A stretch of 64,000 nucleotides of DNA from Myxococcota bacterium (GTDB taxonomy: Bacteria; Myxococcota_A; Polyangia; Nannocystales; Nannocystaceae), in contig JBCCHT010000007.1 in assembly GCA_039028615.1 (NCBI GenBank), positions 96,001 to 160,000 on the forward strand, given 5' to 3'. The notes beneath the pieces are model-generated. The model worked only from the letters and a program-made list of their open reading frames with translations. It did no database searches and was not told the DNA's origin. Within the stretch, counting starts at the first letter, position 1; every line of letters begins with the position of its first letter. Below are positions 28,306 through 37,486 of the stretch, piece after piece. The position numbers were made by a program, and so were the translations under genes.

Positions 28306-29400
28306 ATGACCCTGTGGCCCCTCATCACCGCGCTGGCCGTTTCGTTCCCCACGCCGCTGGAGTCCGCGCTGGCCTCGGCCGTGCGCAGCCCGGCGCAGCC
28401 GGCCGACGCCGCAGCCACGCCTGCGCCGGCCGCCGAGGACGAGCCCGCCGGGCCACCGCCGGGCCCCCTGCTCGAAGAACCGCCGGGGCCCGACGACGGG
28501 ATGACACCGAGTGACGAGGCCGCGGCCAGGGCGGAGGCGCCCCCGACGAAGAAGGTCGAGATCACCGCGCCTCGCCCCGAGTTGGGTGTCCCCGAGCCGC
28601 CCCCGCCCGTGCATCCGCTCTCGGTCCGCTGGGGCATCACCGCTCCGATGATCGCCACCACCGGCCTCGCCTTCGTCCTCATGGAAGGTCTAGGTGCGGC
28701 CGGGCCCGCCCCCGACGCGTGCACCCCGGTCGAGGCGGGCATCTGTCCTCAGCTCGGCGCGCTCGAGCCCATCGATTCCATCGCGCTGGGTCACTACAAC
28801 GACGCGGCCGCCACCGCCTCCGACGTGATGGTGGCGCTGTCGATGGCCGGCCCGCTCGCGGCGAGCCTCGCCGACTCCATCCTCTGGGCCCGCCGCGATC
28901 GCGAGCGCGGCCAAGCGAACTACCGCAAGCGGGGTGCGGCGCGCTTCGGCATCGACACCGCGATCTGGGCCGAGTCGATCGGCGTGGCCATGTTCACCAC
29001 CAACGTGCTCAAGGAGGCGGTGGGTCGCACGCGGCCGCTGACTCACCTGGGCGGGCCCGAGCTGGTCGCCAACGGGGTGGAGCCCGATGGTGACTTCGGC
29101 CGCTCGTTCCCCTCGGGGCACTCGGGGCTCGCGTTCTCGTCCGCGGTGGCGGGCGCGATGCTGCTGACCCTACGGCAGTGCGAGCCCCAGCCCGGTCGGC
29201 GCTGCGCCCCGCGGACCCGTCGCCAGCGCGTCGCCCTGGGCCTGATGTGGGGCTTGGGCCTCGCCGCCGCATCGACGACGGCCACCCTGCGCGTGGTCGC
29301 GGGCAAGCACTACCCCACCGACGTGCTCATGGGTGCGGCGATCGGCACGACCAGCGGGATCGTGATCCCGCTGCTGCACGACCGCCGCCGTCGCCACTGA
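28306..29400 (+). CDS. PAP2-family membrane phosphatase
   Basis: K-x6-RP (KEAVGRTRP), SFPSGH, R-x5-H-x3-D (RVVAGKHYPTD). Confidence 0.9.
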   Translation: MTLWPLITALAVSFPTPLESALASAVRSPAQPADAAATPAPAAEDEPAGPPPGPLLEEPPGPDDGMTPSDEAAARAEAPPTKKVEITAPRPELGVPEPPPPVHPLSVRWGITAPMIATTGLAFVLMEGLGAAGPAPDACTPVEAGICPQLGALEPIDSIALGHYNDAAATASDVMVALSMAGPLAASLADSILWARRDRERGQANYRKRGAARFGIDTAIWAESIGVAMFTTNVLKEAVGRTRPLTHLGGPELVANGVEPDGDFGRSFPSGHSGLAFSSAVAGAMLLTLRQCEPQPGRRCAPRTRRQRVALGLMWGLGLAAASTTATLRVVAGKHYPTDVLMGAAIGTTSGIVIPLLHDRRRRH

Positions 29401-29407
29401 CCGGCCG

Positions 29408-32293
29408 CTACCAGCGGACCTTGGTCTTGATCTTGTGGTCCTGCTCGCTGGCGGGGAACTTCGTCGATTGCACGATCCGCAGCGCGCAGTCGCCCACCGG
29501 ACCCGAAGGCTTGACCTTGGGCACCAGCGCATTGCCGCCGTCTTTGACCACGAGCGTGTCGATGTCGATGGGGCCGGGCCCCAACGCCTTGCACTTGCGC
29601 TTGATCCGGCTCTTCATGGCCCCGAGCGCCTGCTCGAAGGTCATGGGTGCCTTCTTGGGCGCCACCTTCTTGGGCGCCTTGGGCTCGGGCGGCTCGAAGT
29701 CGGGCTCCTCTTCCGGCTCGGGCTCCGGCTCGGGTTCCGGCTCCGGCTCCGGCTCGTCGGGCACGTCTTGGGCCTTGGCGGTCCGGGTGACCTTGGACAG
29801 CTCGTCCTCGGGTTCTTCGTTGCCGCCGACGATGAGCCAGCCGATCCCCGCACCGCCCAAGATCACGGCGACGCCGATGCCCAAGATCAGCAAGGGTCGT
29901 CGCTTGGGCTCGTCCTGCTCGTCCCACTCGACGCGCTCGTTGGACATCGAGGGCGGCTCGACGCGCACGGGCGCCGCGGACGACATGGCCGGGTTGGACC
30001 CCGACGGCATGCTGTCCTCTCGAGGAGGCATGCCTGGACCCACGCCGGCCGGGCGCGGCATCCCGGGGCCCGCACCGATCGGCGGAATCCCACCGCCCGG
30101 AGAGGGCGCGACGCCACCCGCTCCACGCGGGGGCATGCCAGGACCGACGCCACGACGAATGCCATCGCTCGCGGGCGACGGCGAACCACCGGGCGGGGGC
30201 ATGCCGGGTCCCGCTCCGATCGGCGGCATTCCGGGTCCTGCTCCGATCGGCGGTAGTCCAGCACCGCCACCGCCACCGCCGAGCGGCGGCAGACCGCCTC
30301 CGCCTCCACCCGCATTGCCGGGCGCGTCGGGCTTCGGCATTCCGGGTCCGGCCCCGATCGGCGGAAGTCCACCACCTCCACCACCGAGCGGCGGCAGACC
30401 ACCGGGACCACCACTGAGCGGAGGCAAGCCGGGACCTGCTCCACCGCCGCCACCGGGTCCGCGGGGAGGCATCCCCGGGCCAGCGCCGATCGGCGGCAAC
30501 CCGCCGCCGCCGCTACCGGGCGCGGGCATCCCCGGGCCTACGCCGATCGGTGGCAACCCGCCACCGCTACCCGCGGGATCGGGCGGGCCGAGCGGGGGCA
30601 TGCCGGGACCGGCACCGAGGCTGGGCGGCGCACCGCCGCCTCCTCCGAGGGGAGGCAACCCGGGGCCATCGCCGGACAGCGGCGGCAAACCGGGTCCCGC
30701 TGCGGGCGGGCCCAAGCCTGGCGGCTCACCCAATGCGGGCGGGGGCGCACCCAGACCTCCCGGATCGGCGCCCAGCGGAGCTGGCATCCCGGGAGGCTCG
30801 GCTCCACCGCCGGGTCCCAGCGACCCGAGGTCGGGGATCGAGCCGGGAAACATCGTGGGCGCAGCAACGGCACTGCCGGGGGTAACCAAGGCCGGCATCG
30901 AGGGCCCGTGACCTGGGCCCGCTGCGGGCGGGGCAGCCATCGCGGGCGGAGCCATCGCGGGCGGAGCCATCGTAGGTGGAGCCGCGGCGGGCGGAGCTGC
31001 ACCCGGAGTTCCTCCGACGCCCGCCCCGAGGCCCATGCGAAGGCTCGGTCGTGAAGCGAGGAAGGAGGACGCGGGTCCCCCCGCCGCCGGAGCAGCCGCC
31101 GGAGCGGCAGCCGGGGGCGCCATCGCGGGCGACGGAGCCATCGCAGGCGACGGGGCCATCGCAGGAGGCGCGGCCGAACCCGGGGGCATCGAGCCTCCGA
31201 GGGTGCCGCTGACCACCGACGGCGGACCTCCGCCGGCCGGCGGCGCGTCACCGATAGACCCGGCCACGATGACCGAGGGGCCCTTGGCCGGCGGCGCGCC
31301 CGTGGGCGCGGGCTGTCCCCCCGTGGTCATCTTGGCGTAGCGCGGCCGACCTCCGGGAGCCGCCGCGGGGGCGGGTCCAGGCGCGGCAGCCCCTGGGGCA
31401 GCCGCTGCCCCGGCGCCTGCACTCGACAGCGCACGCTCGAGCTCGACCGCCGACCCGAAGCGCTGGTCGGGCGTCTTGCCCAGGCACCGCATGATGATCT
31501 GCTCCACGGCCTCCGGGATGCTGGGCTCCAGGCTCCGCGGCGGCGGCACGGGCTTTTGCGCGTGCATGGAGATCGCCTTGAAGGCGTTGGGATGGGAAAA
31601 CGGCACCTGCCCCGTCAGGAAGCGGTACAGCACCACGCCCAGCGAGTAGAGGTCCGACTGCGGCGTCACCTGGCCGCCCATCCCTTGCTCGGGCGCCATG
31701 TACTCGGGGTCGCCGAACAGCGTGGTGGTGGTGGAATCGGGAGAAGCCTGGCTTGCCTCGACCCCGACCTGCACCAGGCCAAAGTCCGCCACCTTGACCA
31801 GCGGCTGGCGTTTGCCTCGCGGGTCCAGGAACAAGAAAATATTGGCGGGCTTGATCGCGCGATGGATCACTCCCACCTGGTGGCCGGCCGCGATGGCAGC
31901 CGCGAGCTGCAACGCGATGGGCTGGACACGAGCCCACGGCCACTTGCCCTCTCGGGCGAGGATGGCGTGCAGGGTGTCGCCCACCGCCAGCTCGACGGCG
32001 GCGAAGACCGAGCGCTGCGGCGTCTGGCCGAACTCCTCGATCGACAGCACGTTGCCGTGCTTGATCTTCTGTGCCGCCCCGATGTGATGCAGGAAGCGCT
32101 CGGGGGTCGGGGGTTTGGCGGCCAGCGACGACTTCAGGACCTTGATGGCAAAGTGGCGGCCCAAGCCGCTGTGCCGCGCCTCGTAGGTCGTGCACAGCAT
32201 GCCCTCGCCGATCCGGCGCATGAGCTGATACTTGCCATCGAAGACCTGCCCCACGAGATCGGGCTCGCCCGTTGCCGTGGGCTGCCCGGTCAT
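29408..32293 (-). CDS. membrane Ser/Thr kinase-like protein (probable pseudokinase) with long Pro/Gly linker and AgmX/PglI-like C-terminal domain
   Basis: FAIK, HRAIKPAN, DFG, YMAPE; about 500-aa Pro/Gly/Ala region; TM helix; C-terminal C...DCALRIVQSTKFP; start overlaps upstream stop (ATGA). Confidence 0.88.
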   Translation of the reverse strand: MTGQPTATGEPDLVGQVFDGKYQLMRRIGEGMLCTTYEARHSGLGRHFAIKVLKSSLAAKPPTPERFLHHIGAAQKIKHGNVLSIEEFGQTPQRSVFAAVELAVGDTLHAILAREGKWPWARVQPIALQLAAAIAAGHQVGVIHRAIKPANIFLFLDPRGKRQPLVKVADFGLVQVGVEASQASPDSTTTTLFGDPEYMAPEQGMGGQVTPQSDLYSLGVVLYRFLTGQVPFSHPNAFKAISMHAQKPVPPPRSLEPSIPEAVEQIIMRCLGKTPDQRFGSAVELERALSSAGAGAAAAPGAAAPGPAPAAAPGGRPRYAKMTTGGQPAPTGAPPAKGPSVIVAGSIGDAPPAGGGPPSVVSGTLGGSMPPGSAAPPAMAPSPAMAPSPAMAPPAAAPAAAPAAGGPASSFLASRPSLRMGLGAGVGGTPGAAPPAAAPPTMAPPAMAPPAMAAPPAAGPGHGPSMPALVTPGSAVAAPTMFPGSIPDLGSLGPGGGAEPPGMPAPLGADPGGLGAPPPALGEPPGLGPPAAGPGLPPLSGDGPGLPPLGGGGGAPPSLGAGPGMPPLGPPDPAGSGGGLPPIGVGPGMPAPGSGGGGLPPIGAGPGMPPRGPGGGGGAGPGLPPLSGGPGGLPPLGGGGGGLPPIGAGPGMPKPDAPGNAGGGGGGLPPLGGGGGGAGLPPIGAGPGMPPIGAGPGMPPPGGSPSPASDGIRRGVGPGMPPRGAGGVAPSPGGGIPPIGAGPGMPRPAGVGPGMPPREDSMPSGSNPAMSSAAPVRVEPPSMSNERVEWDEQDEPKRRPLLILGIGVAVILGGAGIGWLIVGGNEEPEDELSKVTRTAKAQDVPDEPEPEPEPEPEPEPEEEPDFEPPEPKAPKKVAPKKAPMTFEQALGAMKSRIKRKCKALGPGPIDIDTLVVKDGGNALVPKVKPSGPVGDCALRIVQSTKFPASEQDHKIKTKVRW
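30020..30720 (-). repeat. imperfect coding repeats (LPPIGAGPGMP-type units)
   Basis: Nine GPGMP occurrences plus GPGLPPL and GGGGLPP units in the translation. Confidence 0.8.
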
Positions 32294-33081
32294 CGCCAGT
32301 CCCCGAAACGACCGCTCACGGTGACGCCGGCCAAGCCCCGACCGGTCCACGGCGCCACGCCGAGGCGGGCGTTGGACTTGCTACGGCGCCAGCTCGACAG
32401 TCGCACCGCCCCCGGGATGAGCGTGCCGACGCCCGCCGCCATGACCACGCCACCGGTGATCGTGTACGCCTGCGGCGTGGCGAGGTTGGGCAGCGCGACC
32501 CCAGTGACCAAAAGGCCCACGCCGGCCACGAACAGCGAGCCGCCCACCGTGGTGAGCGCAACGCCGACCCGGTCGGTCCCGATGATCGCAGGCGCGGGCG
32601 GGCACTTGGCGTTGGTTGTCGTGCCGCCCGGGGTCGCGTCGGGCTCTTCACCCTCGGCCGGGTACTCGGCCTTGACCTCGGCCAGTTTGTCTTCCGCCCA
32701 CTTGCGGTCGACCACGCAGCCCTGGTCCACGCCCCGGTCGAGCACCTCGATGTAGTGCACCAAGAAGCTCTCGGCTTCGTCGAGGATCGCGGTGTCTTGA
32801 CTCAGCCGATACGCGGCCAAGAACGAAGTCACCGCGCGGTCGGCCGTGAACTTGCCCGTGCCGCCGACCTTGTTGCCGAGATCCATCGAGTCGAACGCGG
32901 CCACGAACTCTCGCGCACCCGCGGCATCGTCTCCTGCCTCGACGTACTCGTCCGCCTTCACCAGCAAGGGCCGGTGGGCGTCCGACGACGCGGACGGACA
33001 TGCCAACGTGGCATGGATGGCTGGGGCGGGCACGTCGGCTGACGACCCCGCCACGAGAAATCCGAGCAACCCCGCGATCAT
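32290..33081 (-). CDS. hypothetical exported/membrane protein (helical TPR-like N-part)
   Basis: Signal-like N-terminus, helical region, two hydrophobic segments, C-terminal LGVAP...GVTVSGRF typical of myxobacterial envelope proteins. Confidence 0.7.
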   Translation of the reverse strand: MIAGLLGFLVAGSSADVPAPAIHATLACPSASSDAHRPLLVKADEYVEAGDDAAGAREFVAAFDSMDLGNKVGGTGKFTADRAVTSFLAAYRLSQDTAILDEAESFLVHYIEVLDRGVDQGCVVDRKWAEDKLAEVKAEYPAEGEEPDATPGGTTTNAKCPPAPAIIGTDRVGVALTTVGGSLFVAGVGLLVTGVALPNLATPQAYTITGGVVMAAGVGTLIPGAVRLSSWRRSKSNARLGVAPWTGRGLAGVTVSGRFGDWR

Positions 33082-33288
33082 CGTCGCTTGCACAAGTGCG
33101 ACTTTAGCGAACGCGTCCCGGCCCGAGCAATACGGCGATGCCATGCCCGGCCCGACCCGGTCTGACCGGCACCCAGCCCCGCACCATCCCCGTCGACCCG
33201 GAGGTCCGCCGGGAGCAGGCCGCGATCGCGGGTGAAGCGCGGTCGGCCCCGATGGCGACTGCGGGCCTTTTCGAGCTGCCCACCGGCC

Positions 33289-34779
33289 CTACTGGGCCGG
33301 CTCGGCCTCGGGGCGGTCGGCTCGTGACCGGCGAATCAGGGCCATCGAGAGGCCCAACACCAGCACCACCCCCTCGAGGGCCAGGATCATCGCGTAGGGA
33401 TCGTAGGGCGTGCGCAGGCGGATCGTGCCGAAGAACACGGAGGCCACGGTCATCGAGGTGACCAGCTGCCACGCACAGAAGGCGAGCCCGGGACGCCGCC
33501 GAATCCACGCCAGCGCGGCGACCAACCCGATGAGCGAGGGCAGCCAAACGAGGAATTGATAGAGGTACTTGTAGACCTCGACCGCGGGGGCAAAGGTCTT
33601 GGCGCCGCGGCTCTGCTCGGGCCACTGCCGCCCGATGAACCACAGTAGGCTGACGTTGACCGCGCTGTAGCGCGCCTGCTCGAGCAGGCCGGTCCTCGCG
33701 TAGCACTCGGCCCGCAGCTCGCGATGGACGTCGGGGTCACCGATATATCCCACCATGCGAATCGTCTCGCTGCGCATGGCCGGACGCAGGGCGAGCGGGT
33801 GCGACGGGGGCACGCTCTTGGCCAGCACCCGGAAGCCCGGCAGGCTGACGCGACGTCCGTTGCGGGTGTTCTTGCGCCGCTCGCTCGCCTTCAGGCGGCG
33901 CTCGCTGCGAAACGCCTGGGTCACGATGTTGTGGCAGCGCCCCGCGGTGAGGTTCATGTTCGCGTTCTCGGCCACGCCCGCCCAGTAGCCGGTGTGCGCG
34001 TGAAAGCGCCACGCCGAGAAGAACAACATCGCCAGCAGCGGCAACGCCACCAGCACCAAGGACCGCACCCGCACGTGCGGCAAGCGGCGACGGTTGAGCG
34101 CCCAGGTCAGCAGCACCAGCAAGAAGAACAGCGCGGACTGGGGGCGTACCGCGAACGCGACGGCGGAGACGATGCCCGCCGCCAGCCCGTGGCGACCGCG
34201 TTGGAGCACCACCACCAGCGCGTAGGTCGACCACAGCTGGAAGCACAAAAAGGGCGCTTCCGACAGGAAATAGCCGCTGTTCGACAGATTGGGATGCCAC
34301 AGCAGCATGGCAATCCCGATCACATAGGGCATCCACTTCCGGCTCGAGACGCGGCAGGAAAGCAGGTACGCCCCCGGCACTGCGGCGGCGGCCATCAGGC
34401 CCCACATGACCGCACCCGCCACGAAGTTCTTGGCGCCGAAGAGCTTCAGCGGCACCGCCAACAAGTAGTGCGTGCCCCAGGCCTGCCAGGCCAGCTTGCG
34501 ATCGGGATGGAAGCCATTCGCGACCAGGTCTTGGGCCCGGTCGACGTACTTCTTCATGTCGCTGAAGATGTAGTCGCTCGGGGGGTGCACCCACAGGACC
34601 CACACCAAGCGGGTCAGCAGCGCGAGCACCACCAGCACCCACAAGAACCGGCGATCGACTGGCCAACCCGTCGTGGCCTCGGGGCGAGCGCTCGACGTCG
34701 GGGTCGCCGACGGAGCCTCGTCCTCGGGCGCTGCGATCGCTGCTTCGCGGTCGCGCTCGGGTTCGCCGTTCGGACTCAT
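33289..34779 (-). CDS. GT-C (ArnT/PMT-like) membrane glycosyltransferase
   Basis: First TM followed by FSDMKKY acidic loop, LSEAPF, AFAVRP, multiple TMs, C-terminal RLRTPYDP. Confidence 0.75.
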   Translation of the reverse strand: MSPNGEPERDREAAIAAPEDEAPSATPTSSARPEATTGWPVDRRFLWVLVVLALLTRLVWVLWVHPPSDYIFSDMKKYVDRAQDLVANGFHPDRKLAWQAWGTHYLLAVPLKLFGAKNFVAGAVMWGLMAAAAVPGAYLLSCRVSSRKWMPYVIGIAMLLWHPNLSNSGYFLSEAPFLCFQLWSTYALVVVLQRGRHGLAAGIVSAVAFAVRPQSALFFLLVLLTWALNRRRLPHVRVRSLVLVALPLLAMLFFSAWRFHAHTGYWAGVAENANMNLTAGRCHNIVTQAFRSERRLKASERRKNTRNGRRVSLPGFRVLAKSVPPSHPLALRPAMRSETIRMVGYIGDPDVHRELRAECYARTGLLEQARYSAVNVSLLWFIGRQWPEQSRGAKTFAPAVEVYKYLYQFLVWLPSLIGLVAALAWIRRRPGLAFCAWQLVTSMTVASVFFGTIRLRTPYDPYAMILALEGVVLVLGLSMALIRRSRADRPEAEPAQ

Positions 34780-34842
34780 CGGCGCGAGGGTAACAGCCAC
34801 GCCGGCCCTCGCCACCGCCCGCGAAAGTGTGGTGTAACCGGC

Positions 34843-36264
34843 ATGATGTCCGCCCAGCTTTCCAGCCAGCCCGCCTCGGTGTTTTCACGCCGCCGCGCCG
34901 CCCTTGCGCAGCGCCTGGGGGACGCCCCGGCCCTCGTCTTCGCCGGGGGCATGCGTGCACGCAACTATCCCGACAACGTGTTCCCGTATCGGGCCGACAG
35001 CCACTTCCTGTACCTCGTGGGCGCGGCCATTCCCGACGCCGCCCTGCTCGTGCAAGGAGGCCGCGCCGAGCTCTATGTCCCGGCCAAGCACGAGGACGAT
35101 CCGCTGTGGCACGGGCCGACCCCCGGCCCCGACGACTTCGCCGCGGCCACGGGAGTCGACGCCGTGCGCTCGCTCGACGAGCTGCCGAACGCCATCGCGA
35201 GCGCGGGCAAGGGCAACCCGGTGAGCACCCTGCCCTCCGCCGATCCCATCACCCGCCACCGACAGTGCTCGCTGCTCGACCGCACCTGGCCCGGCGACGG
35301 CTCGCCCGGCGTCGACGGACTCGGCGAGACCGACCTGGCCCTCGCCGACGCGATGATCGGCCTGCGCTCGGTCCACGACGACGCCGCGCTCGACATGATC
35401 CGCCGCGCCACCGAGGCCACCACGGCCGCCCACCTCGCGGGCATGGCCGCGACCCGACCCGGGCTGATGGAGCACGACATCCGGGCCGCCATGGAGCGCG
35501 AGCTGTCCAGCCGCGGCATGGCCCCCGCCTACGGCAGCATCGTCACCGTGCACGGCGAGATCCTGCACAACGACAGCTACCACCATCGGCTCGAGGACAA
35601 CGACCTGCTGCTCGCGGACCTCGGCGGCGAGCTCGAGGGCTGGGCCACCGACGTCACCCGAACCTGGCCGGTGAGCGGCACGTTCTCGCCGACCCAGCGG
35701 GCCCTGTACGACATCGTGCTGCAATCGCAGCTCGACTCCATCGACAAGATCCGCCCCGGTGTTCGCTACCGCGACGCCCACCTGGCCGCTTGCGTCACCC
35801 TGGCCCGCGGCCTGGTCGACGAAGGCCTGCTCGTCGGCGACCCCGAGAGCCTGGTCGAGCGGGGCGCCCACGCCATTTTCTTCCCCCACGGCGTCGGTCA
35901 CCTGCTGGGCCTCGACGTCCACGACATGGAGGATCTCGGCGACCGGGCGGGCTACGCCCCCGGGCGAACTCGCAGCACGCAGTTCGGCCTCGGCTACCTG
36001 CGTCTCGATCGCGATCTCGAGCCGGGCATGGTGGTCACCATCGAGCCCGGGCTGTACCTCGTGCCCGCCATCCTTCAGCGCAAGGCCCTGGTCGACCCGT
36101 TCATCGCCGACGGGACCTTCAAACCGGAAGCTCTCGCCCGCTTCGGGGACGTTCGGGGGATCCGGATCGAGGACGATGTGCTCTGTACGACCACCGATCC
36201 CGAGATCCTCACCAGCGCCATCCCCAAGGACGCTAGCGCGGTGGAATCCACAGTTGTGGGATAA
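34843..36264 (+). CDS. pepP: Xaa-Pro aminopeptidase (aminopeptidase P)
   Basis: RNYPDNVFPYRADSHFLYL, ILHN, LADLG...ATDVTRTWP, PHGVGHLLGLDVHD, TIEPGLY, GIRIEDD. Confidence 0.93.
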   Translation: MMSAQLSSQPASVFSRRRAALAQRLGDAPALVFAGGMRARNYPDNVFPYRADSHFLYLVGAAIPDAALLVQGGRAELYVPAKHEDDPLWHGPTPGPDDFAAATGVDAVRSLDELPNAIASAGKGNPVSTLPSADPITRHRQCSLLDRTWPGDGSPGVDGLGETDLALADAMIGLRSVHDDAALDMIRRATEATTAAHLAGMAATRPGLMEHDIRAAMERELSSRGMAPAYGSIVTVHGEILHNDSYHHRLEDNDLLLADLGGELEGWATDVTRTWPVSGTFSPTQRALYDIVLQSQLDSIDKIRPGVRYRDAHLAACVTLARGLVDEGLLVGDPESLVERGAHAIFFPHGVGHLLGLDVHDMEDLGDRAGYAPGRTRSTQFGLGYLRLDRDLEPGMVVTIEPGLYLVPAILQRKALVDPFIADGTFKPEALARFGDVRGIRIEDDVLCTTTDPEILTSAIPKDASAVESTVVG

Positions 36265-36325
36265 GCGCACCCGGCTGTGTTAGGCTCGGGTTTGGCCCCC
36301 TGGGCCTTTTCGGAGCTGCCTTGCC

Positions 36326-37432
36326 ATGCGAACGCGTCTCTTGCTCGCCTCGATGGGTTCTGCCCTCCTCGTGCTTCCCGGGTGCACCAGCGATCTGCCT
36401 GCGCCCACCAACTTCGAGGTCGCCGAGCCACCGCCTCCGGAAAACGAGCTCGAGCTCGACTGCGCCGAGATTCCTCGCACCGCCAACGGCTCGCTCTTCG
36501 CCTACACCGCGGGCGTGACCGGCCTGCTCGAGGGCATCACCTACGTCTACTCGGCGACGGGCCTGCCCGAGGGTCTGATGCTCGACGCCTCCACCGGTGA
36601 GATCAGCGGCACCGTCGACGGCGATCCCGGCGACTACACCATCGAGCTGACCATCGAGGACGAGGCCGACCCCGACAACTACTCGGCCACCACCGAGTGC
36701 AGCCTCACCGTCAGCCCGCGGCTGTCCGCGCCGCTCGCGATCAACGACACGCCGTGTCTGCGCAACAGCCAGAGCCTGCGTAGCCTGGTCGTCGACGGCA
36801 CCGGTGACGGCACCCAGATCGTCTGCGACTTCCCGGGCGGCAACGGCAACGGCCGGGTCCCCGCCGGCATCGAGGCCGACCGCGAGAACTGCACGCTGAC
36901 CGGCACCATCGACGAGACCCGCTACGGCAACTGGACCTTCATCATGCGCGGCACCCAGTCGGGCGTGTCGGTCTACGTGCCCTTCTGCGTCGAGAACGAC
37001 GTCGCTCAAGGCTACGAGATCCGGTCCTCGCCCCACGATCCGCTCGAGCCCATCGTCGGGACCTTCGACCCGAACTCCGGCTTCAGCCTCGGCGACGACA
37101 TGGACCCGCGCTTCAGCATTCTCGAGCCCACCGTGTGCGGGGCGGCCTGCTTCTATCGCTACTCGTTCCTGCGCACCAACGCGCCGATCGAGACCTATAC
37201 CCTCAGCCCCGACGGTCTCATCATCGACGACATGATGAACACCCAAGGCTTCTTCCACGAGCTTCGCGTCAGCGGCCCCGCCGTCCCCGAGGAGTTCCGG
37301 GACCGCCCCTGGGTGCTCAGCTCGAACGTCTCGTACTGCCTCACCGGTGACGAAGGCGAGTGCGACGACCCCGTCGAAGATGGTGACGCCGCGTACGAGT
37401 TCGGCATCATCATGGCGCCGAGCGACGGCTGA
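36326..37432 (+). CDS. lipoprotein with putative Ig (He_PIG-like) domains
   Basis: LPGC lipobox; YSATGLPEGLMLDASTGEISGT motif. Confidence 0.8.
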   Translation: MRTRLLLASMGSALLVLPGCTSDLPAPTNFEVAEPPPPENELELDCAEIPRTANGSLFAYTAGVTGLLEGITYVYSATGLPEGLMLDASTGEISGTVDGDPGDYTIELTIEDEADPDNYSATTECSLTVSPRLSAPLAINDTPCLRNSQSLRSLVVDGTGDGTQIVCDFPGGNGNGRVPAGIEADRENCTLTGTIDETRYGNWTFIMRGTQSGVSVYVPFCVENDVAQGYEIRSSPHDPLEPIVGTFDPNSGFSLGDDMDPRFSILEPTVCGAACFYRYSFLRTNAPIETYTLSPDGLIIDDMMNTQGFFHELRVSGPAVPEEFRDRPWVLSSNVSYCLTGDEGECDDPVEDGDAAYEFGIIMAPSDG

Positions 37433-37486
37433 ACGACGGCCGAGCTCGGCTTCCGCCCCTTCGTCCCGCCCCCAGACGTTCATCGC

